DNA of 64,000 bases from NCBI GenBank assembly GCA_028534125.1, contig CM052842.1, positions 3,472,001-3,536,000 on the forward strand, given 5' to 3'. Below are positions 23,441 to 37,086 of this stretch, piece by piece. The notes beneath the pieces were generated by a model. The model saw only the letters and a program-made list of their open reading frames with translations, did not search any database and was not told the DNA's origin. The stretch comes from Lama glama (taxonomy: Eukaryota). The translations under genes were made by a program, and so were the position numbers. Every line of letters starts with the position of its first letter. Positions within the stretch are counted from its first letter, which is position 1.

Positions 23441-26149
23441 CAATCACCCAACAGTGTAAACCGGGCGCCACGATGAGCTTACAGCGTACTGGGTTCCTTA
23501 CTCACACTTGCTTAAGCCAGCCAGGAGACCGGTGCTCTTACGGTCCCCCTTCACAGAGGAATCAGGTGAGCTCAGGGACGTTGAAACCAGGGCCCAAAGA
23601 AACCAGCTCATGTTAGTTAAATCAGAACTTGATGCTTAGACTCTCTGACTCCACATGAGAGCGAGGGGTGTGCTTGGGGAAGTGCTTCCGGGAGGCTAGA
23701 GAGAAATCACGTGGGTCTAGGGACACAGCCAAGGCCAGGGGACCCGGAGGGGCTGGTGTGCGAGGCTGAGTCTGGTTTTCACGCATGGAACCAACAACGT
23801 GGGTGATGGGAATGGAGCCGCGAGCCTGCCCGGACACCGGCTGAGGTGACCCTGGGCAGAAGCCAGGGGTGCCACGTCCTCCAGGGGCCGTGGGCATGAG
23901 GAAGCGACCACAGACCAGCCGTGTTGTGTGAATGTGGAGTCACTCAGCCTCGGGCTTGATTATGACTTGGATGTGTCATGGTCTCAAAGACAAACAGGAG
24001 TCCCGGATTCTAGTCACAGCTCAGATGGACCGGCTCGCTGACCTGCAGAAAAGTACTTGAACTCTTCACGCCTCAATTTCCTCATTGATTAATGAAGTTA
24101 AGTAGGATCTACAGAGAGCTTTTAAGGTTTAACCTGTGCCACGTATGTGAGCAGGACACCCACTGGATAATGCAGGAATGGTAGAGGACAACGGAATGAG
24201 TTAAGTTCACGAGTGAGTGAATGAATCAACCAATGAAAAATCCTGAAGGGAAAAGGATGCTGAGACACACCACAGCCCCCTTCCTGTAGGTCCTCCTGGT
24301 CGTTGGCCAACATTCTACTCTTTAATGTCAGCTGCAGCATTAGGAGGCTGCCAGGGTCCGCTCCTCCATTCAAATGCTTCGTAGCTGCGTGACCTTGGAC
24401 AAGAGACTTTCCTTTTGATCAGACTCGGAAAACAACTCCTGATGGCACTGATCTCACAGGGTCATTGTGAGGATTAAATGACATAATGTATGTAAAGCAC
24501 ACGGCCCAGAAGAACTTAAAAATTCAACGTCCTTTGGAGATCTGAAAACACTTTCCTGTAAACGAGCGCGTGTGATACTCGCAGACTGTCTCTGGTGTAG
24601 GTAGTCAGAGGTTTTCACAAGTGGGAAAACAGAGGGACAAATAGAAAGTTATGATTTTTCCCTCAAGGCAGGAACACCAGGATTAGCTCCTGGGTTCCTG
24701 ACCACCTCGGTGTGCCTTTCATCACGCTTTCTTACTAGAACCAGTCCACATACCCATAAATGCCTACTCCTCCCCCACGATGAAGGTCTAAGGACATTTC
24801 TCCTATGAAGCTCTCCATGACATCCCGAAGAGAATTAAGTAGCTCGTCCAAAGTCCACACAGATGCAGTGGGATAGCCAGGTCTGGTGTTCATACCTTCT
24901 CCTTCCACACCCAGTGTCCTTTTACTTACACTGCCAAAAAAAAAAAAAACCACGAGAGACTTGGAAATGGGCAAAAAGGTCTAGGGCAGCCGTTCAGTGG
25001 AATGCTGGGCGTTCTCTGGGTTTATCTGCTTGTACGGGGTTCTGAGTCCTTCAGCGTCTTCACCTGGGCTATTTTACAACTCGAAATCAAGTATTTTTAA
25101 AAAACTTGAGAGCAAAGAATGTGTTTTTTCCCCACAGAGATGTAAATGAATTTTGAATTTTGTCTGGCGGTGATGCAATTGATCTCCCTCCCTCGACCCA
25201 GTGGAAAAGCTTACTTCCAACAGTACATTTGTTTGGATGGCAACCAGCTTTGTATCTTTCAGCAAATTCATATCGGCACCCCCGATTCCCAATTCTATGT
25301 GTCTCTTCTTCAGATTTTTCTCTTGAGAAGTTTTAATATCTTATTGGCTCCATCGTTAACTAATGAGTTTAATAAAATCTTTTGACATGTGACATCATAT
25401 ATTTGTGAAAGTCATGACTTTTGTTACTTTGAAAATTATCTTTTAGTAACATCGTACTGCGCTGGGGAGGGAAGGCAATAAATGTATAAACAGAGAGATG
25501 CAGGTTTATGTCAAAGAGATGCAATCAAGTAAACGTTTGCAGAATGGATATATACATTTTTGCATATCTCTAAATGTTTCTTTAGATGAACACACATACA
25601 TCTTTAAGTACATAACCACACAGTCTCAACACTGATTTTGTTTTTTTGGTTCAAGATTGAAAGCTTTCCATGGAATCAACAGGGCAAATTCCATGTGGGA
25701 GCCCGAGAGGGAGAGAGACCCAGTTTGGAGCAGAAGTGATGGTTCCTGAGAGTGGAGTCTTATTTGGAAATAAAATAACTGAAAAGATATGACTTTGGTG
25801 GATCATAAAAAGGGAGATTCAATAGAAGGAAGAAATTAAAATAAATAACTGGAAAAGAAACCTCAGGAGAAAACAGCTGAATAAAAAAGAAGCATCATCA
25901 TGCATCATAGTGCGTACTTAGCTCTGCATTCTAAGTGTATATGATGTAGGCAGTATTTCTTGATTTAACAGTAATGCTGAACTTACACTAGGGGAAAGGG
26001 GAAAAGTTGGGGAAGGTTTATATTTGGTTTAGAGAGCAAAATACTTATGAATGTTGGCAGAAGGACTATTACAATATACCTAGTTTGGACAAGTAAAGGC
26101 GAAACAGAGTAAATAGTTTTTTTTTTCTTTTTTCTTTTTCTTAAAACTG

Positions 26150-26650
26150 GCAAATATACACCTACCATATGAGCCAGAAATTCTACTTCTAGGTACACGT
26201 TGAAGAGAAATGAAAACATATGTTCACAAAGACTTTATTCACAATACCCAAAGACTAAACATGGTCCACACGCCCACCACTGGGGAACGGACAGACAAAC
26301 TGTGTGTTATCTATACAAGAGAATAATTATGAACCACAAAAGGGGGTGGACTGTCTATATATGACACAGATACATCTCAGAATCATTATCTGGGGTGCAA
26401 AAAGCCAGACACAGAGGACCACATAGTGTGTGATTTCATTTATATTAAATTCTAGGTAAGGCAGACCCGTGTGACAGAAAGCTGGCTAGTATTTGCCAGC
26501 AGGTGGGGGAAGGAGGAAGGCTTGGTGACAAAATGGCAAATGGGAACTTCTGAGGCGATAGGAACACTTTAGATCTTGACTACGGTAGTAATTACACAAC
26601 TACATACATTTGTCAAAACATACTGAATCGTGCACTTAAAAAACCTGTGA
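26150..26650 (+). mobile_element. Old L1 (L1MB/ME) 3' end
   Basis: cctaccatatgagccagaaattctacttctagg...tacatttgtcaaaacatactgaatcgtgcacttaaa. Confidence 0.85.
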
Positions 26651-26719
26651 ATACACTTGATTTTTTTTTAAAAAAAACCCTGAAGAGGATGAAAGCCAAG
26701 ATAGAATTATTAAAGGTGG

Positions 26720-27650
26720 AAAAAAAAACTTGAAATTAAACAACAGAACTGCTGAAAAAGAATTTGTAACTTGGATTATAGATTTAAACACAGCAATAAG
26801 AAAGGAGATGATAAACACAAAAGGAGTTTATGGGAGATGAAAGATACAGTTAGGAATTCTACCATATTCTAATCAGATTCTCTTGAGTGAGAGAATGTAA
26901 GAGAAAGTGATCTGAATATAAAATGACTGAAAATTTTTTACACTTGAAAGACACCAATCCACATATACAGAAGAGTAATTCACACCAAGCGTCATAAACA
27001 AAAAGAAACTCACACCCAGGCACGTTGCACTAAAGCTGCAGAAAGACAGAGGTGAGACTTTCAGTCACCTACAGAGACAGGTCATATCATTTACAAAGAA
27101 GTCGCAATTAGGATTACAGAAGTTTTCCTAAAAGGAAAATTAGAAGCAGTAAGTGAGTGTTAAAATACATTGCGAAACGGGAACAAACTTTCAACCGAGA
27201 ACTGAGTAACCAAGCTGCCTCTTGAGAACAAGCATAAAATACAGACACATGTTTGGATAAAAGACATCTGAGAGCGTCTCTCTGTCCAGATTTGCTAAAG
27301 GAATTACTAGCAGATATACTTCAGAAAGAAGGAAAAATAACCTCCAAAGGAAGGTTTAGGAGCAAGAAAGAGCAGTGCATTAACAGACGGGTAAATGTGT
27401 GAACAACTCCCAGCAAATGTTCTTGGTGTTTATAACAACACCTTCAACAGATGTGGTTGACGACATAATAAAACACCAACATGATTCCATGAAAGTGAGT
27501 AGGGGTTTATGAGAACCCAAATGATGCGGTTTATTTGTATTATTTGGGGGGAAAAAAGATACGTGTTTGATTAATTTTAGAATGGGGAAAGTAATTTTAG
27601 TAGTAAAATGTCAAGGACAACCCCAAAAGGATTGGAAAGGAAAAAGAAAT
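26720..27650 (+). mobile_element. Ancient L1M ORF1/inter-ORF remnant
   Basis: A-rich; aatgactgaaaattttttacacttgaaagacaccaatccacat...aaagaaactcacacccaggcac. Confidence 0.65.
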
Positions 27651-28014
27651 GTGTGATCAATTCCCAAGCTGGGAAGTAAAATGAACTAACAAACAAAGTA
27701 ACAAGTTAAACTAGAGGAAGAAAACAACCTGCAAAGATTTAGCAGATGTTTCCAGAGCTTACCCACACATCCTCACCCGACTCTGGTGTTAGCTGTGAGG
27801 TATCTCCCAAAGGACAATGGCTGTGTGCTTCCCTCTGCCTCAGGGACGGCAAGGCTGACGGCCCAGGGTATGTAGGCGTTACACGCACAGAGGGACACAA
27901 CAGCATTGGCAATGCTCTAGTTCTTTGTGGCGGATGGGTTCTGGCTGTTCTTACATTACTGTACTCTACAGGTTGAATATATGTGTATATGCAACCTCCC
28001 TTTGGTTTCATATT

Positions 28015-28685
28015 AATATTTTTAAATTTTGGTAAAATACACATAATATGAAGTTGACCATTTTCATCATTTTTAGGTGTCCCGTTCAATGGCGTTAAGT
28101 ACCTTCCCATTCTTGCTCCACCATAGCCGCCACCCACCTCCAGAACTCTTCTCATCTTCCCAAATTGAAAAGCTGCAGCCGTCAAACAGTAACATCCCAC
28201 TCCCTCCTCCCTCCCCCCATTCTTTCTGTTTCTATGAGTCCGACTACTCTAGGTAACTCAGATAAGTGGAATCATGCACAATTTGTCCTGTTGTGACTAG
28301 CTTTTTTTCACTTAGTGTGTTGTCCTGAAGGTTCATCATGTCGTAGCATGTGTCAGAATTTCCTTCCTTTTTAAGGCTGAATAATATTCCATTGCACATA
28401 AGTATCGTTGTTTTTTTTTTTTTTATCCATCCATTCATCAATGGACATTTGGGTTGCTTCCACCTCTTGGCTATTTTGAGTAGTGCTGCTATGAAAGTAA
28501 ATGTGCAGATAACTTTTGGAGACTCTGCTTTTAATTCTTTGGAGGTATAGACTCAGAGGCAGGACTGCTGGATCATATGGTGGTGCTGTTTTAAATTTGG
28601 GGGGGATTCTCCATACTGGGTTTCATAGCTTTCACCAGTTTCCATTCCCACTGGCAGTGCACAGGGTTCCAGTTTCTCCCGGGTA
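28015..28685 (-). mobile_element. L1MB-like 3' end
   Basis: ggtaaaatacacataat...tttccttcctttttaaggctgaataatattccattg...atggacatttgggttgcttccacctcttggctatt. Confidence 0.9.
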
Positions 28686-28849
28686 CTATTTTGAAAGAAG
28701 AGGAAGCCACGGTTGACTTGTGCCATCTGCCACACACATAGTAGGAGGAACGGCACACACACAGGGTGTGAAGTCCCTGACTTACAGGTGTTCCCTTCCT
28801 CGGCTGCTGCGAGAGACCCCACCAGCTGCTGACTCAACAGCAAAAGGCA

Positions 28850-29380
28850 ACTCCATCCTCAACCTCATGCAGAGCCAGGGAAACGGGAATATAATTAACT
28901 ATGAGCTATGACTTCTGACCATCGGACTGACAGAAATTAATAGGATTTGTAAAATTCATGGCTGGCAAAGGATTAGAGAAAAAGGACTTCCCACAGATTG
29001 CTGATGGGATTATAAATTACTAGGGTCATTTCAGAAAGTAATCTGTTCTTTTACAATTAAAAATACATCTAACTTTTGACCCAGTAATCCACTTTGGGGA
29101 ATATATACTACAGGATTAAAATTAATAGCCTGTAAGAATAAATGTATAATGGTATCTTTGTAGAATTGGGGAGTGGGCAGGGAAAAATAAAACCTAGAAA
29201 AATGCAATTCCAGTATACTTATTACACTGCAACTTACTTATTTCTTTTGCTAGAAAGTAGCTGCAAATATGTAAAAGAAAAAATGCGCATTGCCGTATAT
29301 TAATGATAGATACCTGTATGATTATATGAGTGCAGAGAAAAGTCTGGAAGGTACACACACAGTTGTTAGAACTGAGCACC
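28850..29380 (+). mobile_element. Ancient L1ME ORF2-end remnant
   Basis: attgctgatgggattataaatt...ttttgacccagtaatccactttggggaatatat. Confidence 0.65.
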
Positions 29381-30501
29381 TGAAAGCAGTGCTGTTGGGT
29401 TTGCCGTAACGAGTCTGCTCTCCCAGGGGGGCTAGACGGTGAGTAAATCTAGCATGGATACCGATTCCAGGAATCTCTAGAATATGGTGTGATGAATGGG
29501 ATGTAATTCCTTGAAGAAAGATGTGTTTCAAACCCTAAATCAGTTACCAAGATATGCTTGCCTCCTCTGGTGGGAATATCCATCATTAGTTTGTCACCTT
29601 GAAAATCCCTGTTCATCCTTGGAGCCCCAGCTTAACCACCTCTTTCCCGGTGAGCACCTCCTGAGCCTTGGTCCAGGAGGAGATTATTTCCTATACAGAG
29701 GTCCCCCACTGCCTAATGCAGGATTCAGTCACGGCGCTCGCTGCACTGAATTGCAATTCAGTGCCTCGCTCTGAAATGCTTTATTGGACTACGGACTGTT
29801 CAAGGACAGGAGATGGAATTTCACTCATTTATTTATTCATTCTTTCTTGACACTCATGCCCCCTCCTCCTCCCCAGCCGGGACACATGCCCTGTAATTAG
29901 AGATGAGGGTTTGGGAGCAGCATTCTTCATAGTTATGTAAATTTACATCCTAATGTGGGGTTGGAGAAAGGCAGACACTTTTTTATCATTGCAAAGTCAA
30001 GGCTATATTTGCAAACAATATGAATCCCTTATGTAAGTTTTATGAGATATTTTGGCAAGAAACTAATCCTTCATGGTGCAAGACATATTTTTTAAAAAGA
30101 TACTTGGGGAAAAAAAGTGAAGCCCAAAGTGGGAATTTCCCACCATCTCTTCTCTCCCATTTCCAAGGCCGGGTGTCACTCTCCCCACCCAGCAGCAGAA
30201 ACGGGGTGGAGGAGGGAGCGTCTTCCTCTCGAGTCCCAGAGACTGTACTGTTGACGTTGGACAGGAGAAGATTTGTGGAGGGGGAGGGAGGGGTGATCCT
30301 TGGAGAGAATGGAAAGGGGTCAGGGAAAGAAACCCAGAAAGGCTGGTCTGAGGGTTTAAGGTCTTGCGGGGACGGGGAGAGGAGGCAACTGGACCAGTGG
30401 TCCCGCACCCAGTGTTCTCCCCATCACTGTCAATGGTTTGCTTTAGCTCTGGAGCCTCCTAGGCAAGTTCATAGTTCAGGTGAAGAGTGGAAAAGACCAT
30501 A

Positions 30502-30838
30502 CAGTCGTCCCTTGGTATCTCNNNNNNNNNNNNNNNNNNNNNNNNNNNNNNNNNNNNNNNNNNNNNNNNNNNNNNNNNNNNNNNNNNNNNNNNNNNNNNN
30601 NNNNNNNNNNNNNNNNNNNNNNNNNNNNNNNNNNNNNNNNNNNNNNNNNNNNNNNNNNGCCTAATACCATCTAAATGCTATGTAGATAGTTGTAAATACA
30701 ATGTAAATGCTCTGTGAATGGTTGCTAGCTACAGCACGTTCAGGTTTATGGAACTTTCTGGAATTTTTAAAGAATATTTTTGATCCGTGGCAGGTTGAAT
30801 CCACAGACTTGGAACCCATGGGTTTGGGGAGCTGACTG
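30502..30838. mobile_element. MER2/MER2B (TcMar-Tigger) MITE, interrupted by the gap
   Basis: TA followed by cagtcgtcccttggtatc at the left end; gttgaatccacagacttggaacccatgg...gctgactg at the right end. Confidence 0.88.
30522..30658. other. Assembly gap (N run)
   Basis: Run of n characters. Confidence 1.
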
Positions 30839-32021
30839 TGTTTGGAATAAGGCAGAGGCTATCCACCTCCCCCGAGATTCAAATGGGCTTCCAAGTCTTG
30901 ACGGTTGACTATGGGCAGGTAAGTTGCAGACACAGGGAGCAGGTCCCCCCAGGCTAGCCATTCACCTAGGCTCAGATGGAGGCGTGTCCTGTAGGACACA
31001 GATAACAGGTGAGTCACACTGAAACGTTTCCACATTTACTATGTGCCGAAAGGCGTCCAGGTGGTGGGTGAAAGAGATGGCTGCTTAGCGAGCATTTACT
31101 CCACGTCCTCCCTGTTTGCAGGACCTGGTACTAATGGGTGTCCCCTCTCCCCTGCATTCCTGGGTGCTGGCGATGAGATGCTGACCCCGGTCCCAGCTCC
31201 AGGGCAGACACTGGTTATTCAGGATAAAACTGTGCATTTTTGCCAGGGATTCAGTCAGGAAAAAAAGACTCGGCCAGTCGGTGACGCAGCTCTTCTGGTC
31301 ATAGGACTTGTCACCTCCCTTGGGACTGTTAGCTCCGAGGGGGTGCTCTGGGAGGTACTGTTGAAAAAGAAGCATCCTGGCTCTTAAGAGGGTCGCCCCA
31401 GGGACCAAGAATTGTTCTTTCCTCGGGTTGGAGGTGCAGGGCTGCCGCACCCCTTCTACCTCGTGGATAAAGTGTCACCTGGAGGAGGCCAGGGGTGGAG
31501 GGTCACAGGAGCTCCAAGCCAGAACACTTCGTGACCCAAGCCTGACCATCAAGGTGCCTCCGGATGTGTTCACTCCTGGAGGCCAGTAATTCTCTCTGGA
31601 GTCAGGAAGCGTGAAAAGTAATTAGCAGTTAAGGAGGGATGGAGGAGCGCCCTCTTGGGCAAAGCCACAGGGGTGCATCTTGGAGTAGCTTCAGGGAGGA
31701 AGGGGAGAGGGGTGAGACCCCAGAGGCGGCCAGACCTGTGCAGCGAGGGCCTTCAGAGCTTGTTGGAGAAACGACACTGTAGCTAGTGCCTTTCTCCCTG
31801 AGCCTCAGTGTTCTCACCTGCAAATGGGGTCCAGCCCCCCTTCATGCCACAAGCATGTGCATACCGGGGCTGGCCAGGCACACACCAGAACCAGATGAGC
31901 CCTGGGGGGCGGCCGCCTGCACCTGTGCCAGTCGGGCCAGGTGCTTCCAACCCGGGTTCTGATCTCGGGCAGAAGGGCTACTGAGCAGTTGCAACGTAAG
32001 CTGCCCCTAGGGTCTGCCCGG

Positions 32022-32207
32022 CAGTCAGTGTTTAATAAGAACGCTTTAGGAAAAAAGCCCTGCTTTCTTGTATTTGCTAATTTTCATGAAGTAAATACTC
32101 CACAGCCGGATTCTAGCTCCTGGCGGGCTGCTGTCACTGAGGGGTGGGAAGAGGTGCTCACAGCTGGCCCTGATGGGCCACTGTTGCTGGCGCCAGCTCC
32201 CCATTGG
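32022..32207 (-). mobile_element. MER63A-like hAT MITE
   Basis: tgtatttgctaattttcatgaagtaaatactcc...gtcactgaggggtgggaagaggtgctcacag...gcgccagctcccattgg. Confidence 0.7.
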
Positions 32208-34589
32208 TTTCTGCAGCCCCAACACTACTGCTCTTCATGCTCTAAATGTTTGTCAGGATCCTTTCCCTCTGCTGGCGAAGGTGGGAGAGTGAGAAGCCAG
32301 GCCGGAGATGTGAGCTCATGCAATTTGTCAAGATGATCGATGCTGCCCGGCCAGAGGGCCAGGGCGAAAGATGCTTGCACAGCAGACAGGGAAGGAAGAG
32401 TGATACCTATAACACAGAGGGGGTGCGCGCAATTTACAGAAGGGGATTTATTTTGTCTTCAACAAGAGGGATGGCGAATGCCACTTCACAGCCAGGACGT
32501 TACCGCTCCGTCCTTGCTTTTCCGGCTTGCGCTCCAGGACTCTCGCCCCAGGAGGGCAGCACTACAACCCAGACCTCACTCGTCACCCAGTGCTATTCTC
32601 ACCTCTGACCTGTCCCGCAGGTGGACACGGTGACCTCTGGCAGCAACCCTATCCCTGGCTGCTGCGTGGGACTGGCCAGGCTCTAATCTCCTTGGCTCCA
32701 CCTGCACAATGTGGATGGTGACGTCTACCTGACATTTACTCACTGATGCATTTTTTGATACCTTTGTGTTGCATCTTGGGAAACCCAGTAGTTGGGAGGA
32801 AAACAGTTGGGGATCTATACAACGTGCCAAGTGCTGGTCTGTGCTCCACACACAGGGGTTCCTTCCTTTTCTTCTTTGCTAAGATTCACTTTACAAACCA
32901 ACTTCTCTGTTCCCAAATGCTCATCAGCTTCTTCCTCAGTGCAGAGAAAAACCCACATTCCTTTACTGACCGGACTCTCACAGCTAAGATGTTCGGGAAA
33001 AGAATTCCACTAAAACTGAGGCTCTGCTTCCTCGCTGGCCATGCAGCATCAAGGGGGATTCGAAATCAACTGAAACTGACTGAAGGGCCAGTTGCAGAAC
33101 AGCATGTATAGTTTTTTCCTCTTTTGTAAAGCAGATTCGTTCTCTTTTTCTCTCTCTGCATCTAAACACCTTCAAATGCCCAGAAAATATCTGTAAAGCC
33201 GTAGAAAAAAGACTTTGGCATTAACTTCTAGAGAAGGAGATGGGAGACTGGTTCTGTAGTCCGCCCTTTTCACTCAACGATAGGCGTTAGGCAAATTTAC
33301 GTGAAGATGAGCCCAGCGCTGCGTCACCAGTCCCCAGGCTGCCCGGCAGCTCACTGCGGGGACTTCATCGTTTGTTTGTACTGCCGTTTAGGTTACTGCC
33401 AGCTTGTCACAGCTGGAGCGCCGGGACGACCGTTCTTGTGCGTACGTCTTTGTCCGAGAAGAGTATGTTCCTCGGTGCCAGGGAGAAAAAAACTTTTTCA
33501 TATTTACATTGAATACTGTGTTTCTTGAGTAATTTTGAACCATGAAATGGCCCAGCCACTTACCCGTCTTGAGACCCTGAACCAGGAAACCTCTGAATCT
33601 CAGTGCATGTCAGTTTCCTCCTCCTGAAATAGGAGTTTCCAGCCCTGGGGGCTGCACTATGAATGCGAACTGATCAGTTCACAGAGGGCTCCCCGTAAGC
33701 TCACCCTCTGCAGTCAGTCGGTAGCAGCTGCGATTACTGCTCGATGCCAAGGGGGCCAAGAAGCAGCGGGCGAGGAGAGCAAGTCCGGCCCGAGGGACCC
33801 GAGCTCAAAGGCAGGTAGCAGAGGGGTCGAACTCCGCACCTGGAGCAAGAGGGGCACGTGGGACGGGAAGAGGGCCACAGTGCGGATGGTGGTCACTTGC
33901 TCCTCCTCTCTCGTGAGGAGGATCTCTTCCAACAAAAAGAGGATCTCTGATCATAAGGATCTGGGGATCGTGTCATCGGCAACAAAGACTGAATCTCCTG
34001 TTCACCGAACAGCAAAGCCAGGGCAGCCTGGCCAGTAGCTGCGATGCAGCCAGACCGGCCCTCACGCAGAGGCCTCTCGGTCAGGTCCACAGGCGATGGG
34101 TCTGGGGGCCTGGGGAGGCTGGGACTGCCAGCCGCGATGGCGAGAGGATGGGACGGACCCCCGGACGTGGGTAGGTCACCTGCTGGGGATGCCCAGCAAT
34201 CCCCGATGGAGGGCAGGAGTGGGCAGGGGGCTCGGGGGTTTGAGATTCAGTTACAGAAGTGACTGTTTCTATTCTCTTACACACGAGAATCTGGGTAAAG
34301 GAACCGACCCTGAGTTTGTCCAGGTGGCTGGACCTGGCGCTGGCTGAAGTCGTGTCAGTCTTTTGGTTCAACTGAGTTGAAAATCGAACTGCCGAAGAGC
34401 TCAGCACCAGTGCCCCCTCTTGTCTCCGCCGACCAGGGCTGCTGTGAGCCTCAGACACGGCGCAAGCCAGACGCGCGGCACGGGGAATGCGGCGCGATCA
34501 TGCTGATCAGTGTCTCCCCACACCCAGCCCTGAGCCTCTCAGCAGGAGGCGGACCCGCCCCGGAGGAGCTTCCCTCGCCCCGCAGGTCT

Positions 34590-35090
34590 TTGCCCAGTGC
34601 CCTCCAAGCGCAGGCACTGCTCTAGGCACTCAGTGTACAACCCTTGCTCTCAAGGATTTCACACTCAAGTGGGAGACTTTGATAGTAAAGAACATATTTC
34701 AAAGAGTGACGATTGCTATTAAGAAAAGACATTCAGGGCAAGGAGATAGGGTGTGACGTGGCTGTTGGTGTAAAAAGGGTGGTCAGGGAAGGAGGTGAGT
34801 TCTGCGCAGAGACTTGAATGCGGTGAGGTGCAGGCCATCCATCCGCGGAAGAGCGGACTGTGACACCCTGGAGCGGGAGAAGCTTTGGAAGAAAGCAAGC
34901 TGGAGCGCACTGAGTGAAGAAGCAGCTGGAAACGGGGCCACTGGACACACCGTAGGGGCTCAAAGGACACAGGAAGGACTTGCGATCTGATTTTCTGTGT
35001 GAAGGAAAGGCTTTCCAGGAAGGGTGAAGCAATTTGATTTATCTTTCTAAATGATTCCTAAATGAGCCCTCTGGAGGTGGCTGGTGGCAA
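34590..35090 (-). mobile_element. L2 remnant
   Basis: caggcactgctctaggcact...agggtggtcagggaagg...aggaaggacttgcgatctgattttctgtgtgaaggaaagg. Confidence 0.75.
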
Positions 35091-36356
35091 CAGCCTGTGA
35101 TGGGGGAGGGGGGAGGGAGCTGACCAGCATCTCCTTGAGTAGATCATCCATTCCAAACACCCGCCCCCACCTCCAGGGGAAATTGAGACACATGGACCTT
35201 TTTATTCCATTAAGGCGAAGGCAGAAAAGATTACATCTCATCTCCCTGGGGACAATCACTTATTCAATTTGCAGTCACGATTGCTCCTGCCCAGATACCA
35301 TCTGAGGACTCGGATGCTTTCATCCTTCTGTGGGGCCTTCCTTCAAACAGTGGCAAGGTTTCTCCAGAGCCAGGCTGGGACAGCTTCACCATGGCCAGTC
35401 CCTGTGTGGTGCCCCCAGGGCCCGGATACGAGTGGGGGCCTGGGGAGATGGAGGTCGGCATTCCATGGACCAAGGACTCCAGGCAACTGACCATTGGCTC
35501 CAAACTGGAGGAGTCTGGGTTCCTGGAGCAGAGAGACATTGCAAATCCATCTCCATGTTTTCCTAGACACAGATGGAGTTTCTTAAAAGAGAAGGGTGCA
35601 ATTTTGTAGAAAGGAATAAGTGGATTCTAACCAAAAGTCTCATCTGTACGTGCAATTTTCTCTACTCTTGAAGTGAAAAGAAAATGTAGCAGAGAGGAAG
35701 CTGGTATTATCAAGTGAAGTACTGAAATAATGGGTCTTCGAAGGCTTAAAAAATCCTCCATATAATGTTCATTGTTTAACAACGTAATTATTTTAGTGGA
35801 AGCTCCCATACAAAGATGACCAGGGAAACTGATGGCCAGTCAAAGCTGCGCTCAGCAGGGGCATGTCCTCGGGACCGTCTCAGAAAGAGGGGTGTTGACT
35901 CGAGGCAAGAGTGAGTCTCTGAGTGTTTTGGGCACAGACTGACCAGATGTCGTATATTAGACAAGTTGCTAATCAGTTGTCTTACCTTCGAAATTCTGAG
36001 ACCAAACAGAACGACCGTTCCTCTAGTCTCATTGGGAAATCTAAGCTCTCATACTTCATGTTGTAAAGCCATAATTTGATTCAGTCCCTCTGTGAAAGAA
36101 CTGGATCCTTACTGTCCAAACAAATTCTGGTTTCCATTCCGTTTCTCATTCACTTTAGGGAGACTCATCCAAGTTATTTCTTGATTTTCTGTAAAGCAGG
36201 TGGGAAGGATGATTTTGTCCGACATCTAAGTTACAAATACATCCTAATATTCTGTTAGCCAAAGGCAACAAATTCCAAGCTTCTATGAAACACTTGTTGG
36301 GTTTGTGACAGTTTTGTTAAATGTTAAATGTACATAGTTTATAATGTTATTAAAAA

Positions 36357-36422
36357 CATATATGTATAAGGCATATATATGCATATATATGTACATACAT
36401 ACACACATATATATATATATAT
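36357..36422. repeat. Imperfect (TA)n/(CATA)n microsatellite
   Basis: catatatatgcatatatatgtacatacatacacacatatatatatatatat. Confidence 0.85.
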
Positions 36423-36517
36423 GGCAGGGTTTAAGAGGTTGTCAAATAAATACTCTTGATTCAGTCAGAACTAGCTCATGGGACCCATACATGGAACCTC
36501 TCTCTTAAGCCATGACA

Positions 36518-37086
36518 AGATGCATGCACCGCAATGGTCACAACAGCACTACTTACAATAGCCAAGACAGGGAAGCAACCTAAATGCCCATTGACAGATG
36601 ATTGTATAATGAAGTTGTGGTATATTTATACAATGGAATACTACTCAGCCATAAAAAAGAATGCAATAATGCCATTTGCAGCAACTTGGATGGACCTAGA
36701 GATGATCATACTAAGTGAAGTCAGTCAGACAGAGAAACACAAATATCATATGATATCACTTATATGTGGAATCTTAAAAAATGACACAAAGGAACTTATT
36801 TACAAAAAAGAAACAGACTCACAGACATAGAAAACAAACTTATGGGTGGTGGAGGGATAAATTGGGAGCTCGGGATTTGCAGACACGAGCTACCACATAT
36901 AAAACAGATAAACAACAAGGTCCTACTGCAGAGCACAGGGAATTGCATAGAACAGCTTGTAGTAACCCACCATGAAAAAGAATCCAGAAGGAACACACAT
37001 AGAACACACATAACTGACTCATTGTGCTGAACACCAGACACTAACACAACATTGTAAGTCACCTGTACCTCAACTGAAAGAAAAAG
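36518..37086 (+). mobile_element. 5'-truncated young L1 (ORF2 C-terminus, 3' UTR, A tail)
   Basis: ORF 36534-36830 translates as TIAKTGKQPKCP...LWYIYTMEYYSAIKKN..MPFAATWMDLE.IILSEVSQ, the canonical L1 ORF2p C-terminus. Confidence 0.97.

Noticed and set aside
31050-31600. Possible very old MLT1K/L-type LTR; also possible LTR or hAT relics at ~9130-9420 and ~4850-4992
   Set aside because: Similarity too weak to call by eye.
36534-36830. L1 ORF2-like ORF as a functional gene
   Set aside because: Only the last ~80 residues of ORF2p in a 5'-truncated copy.
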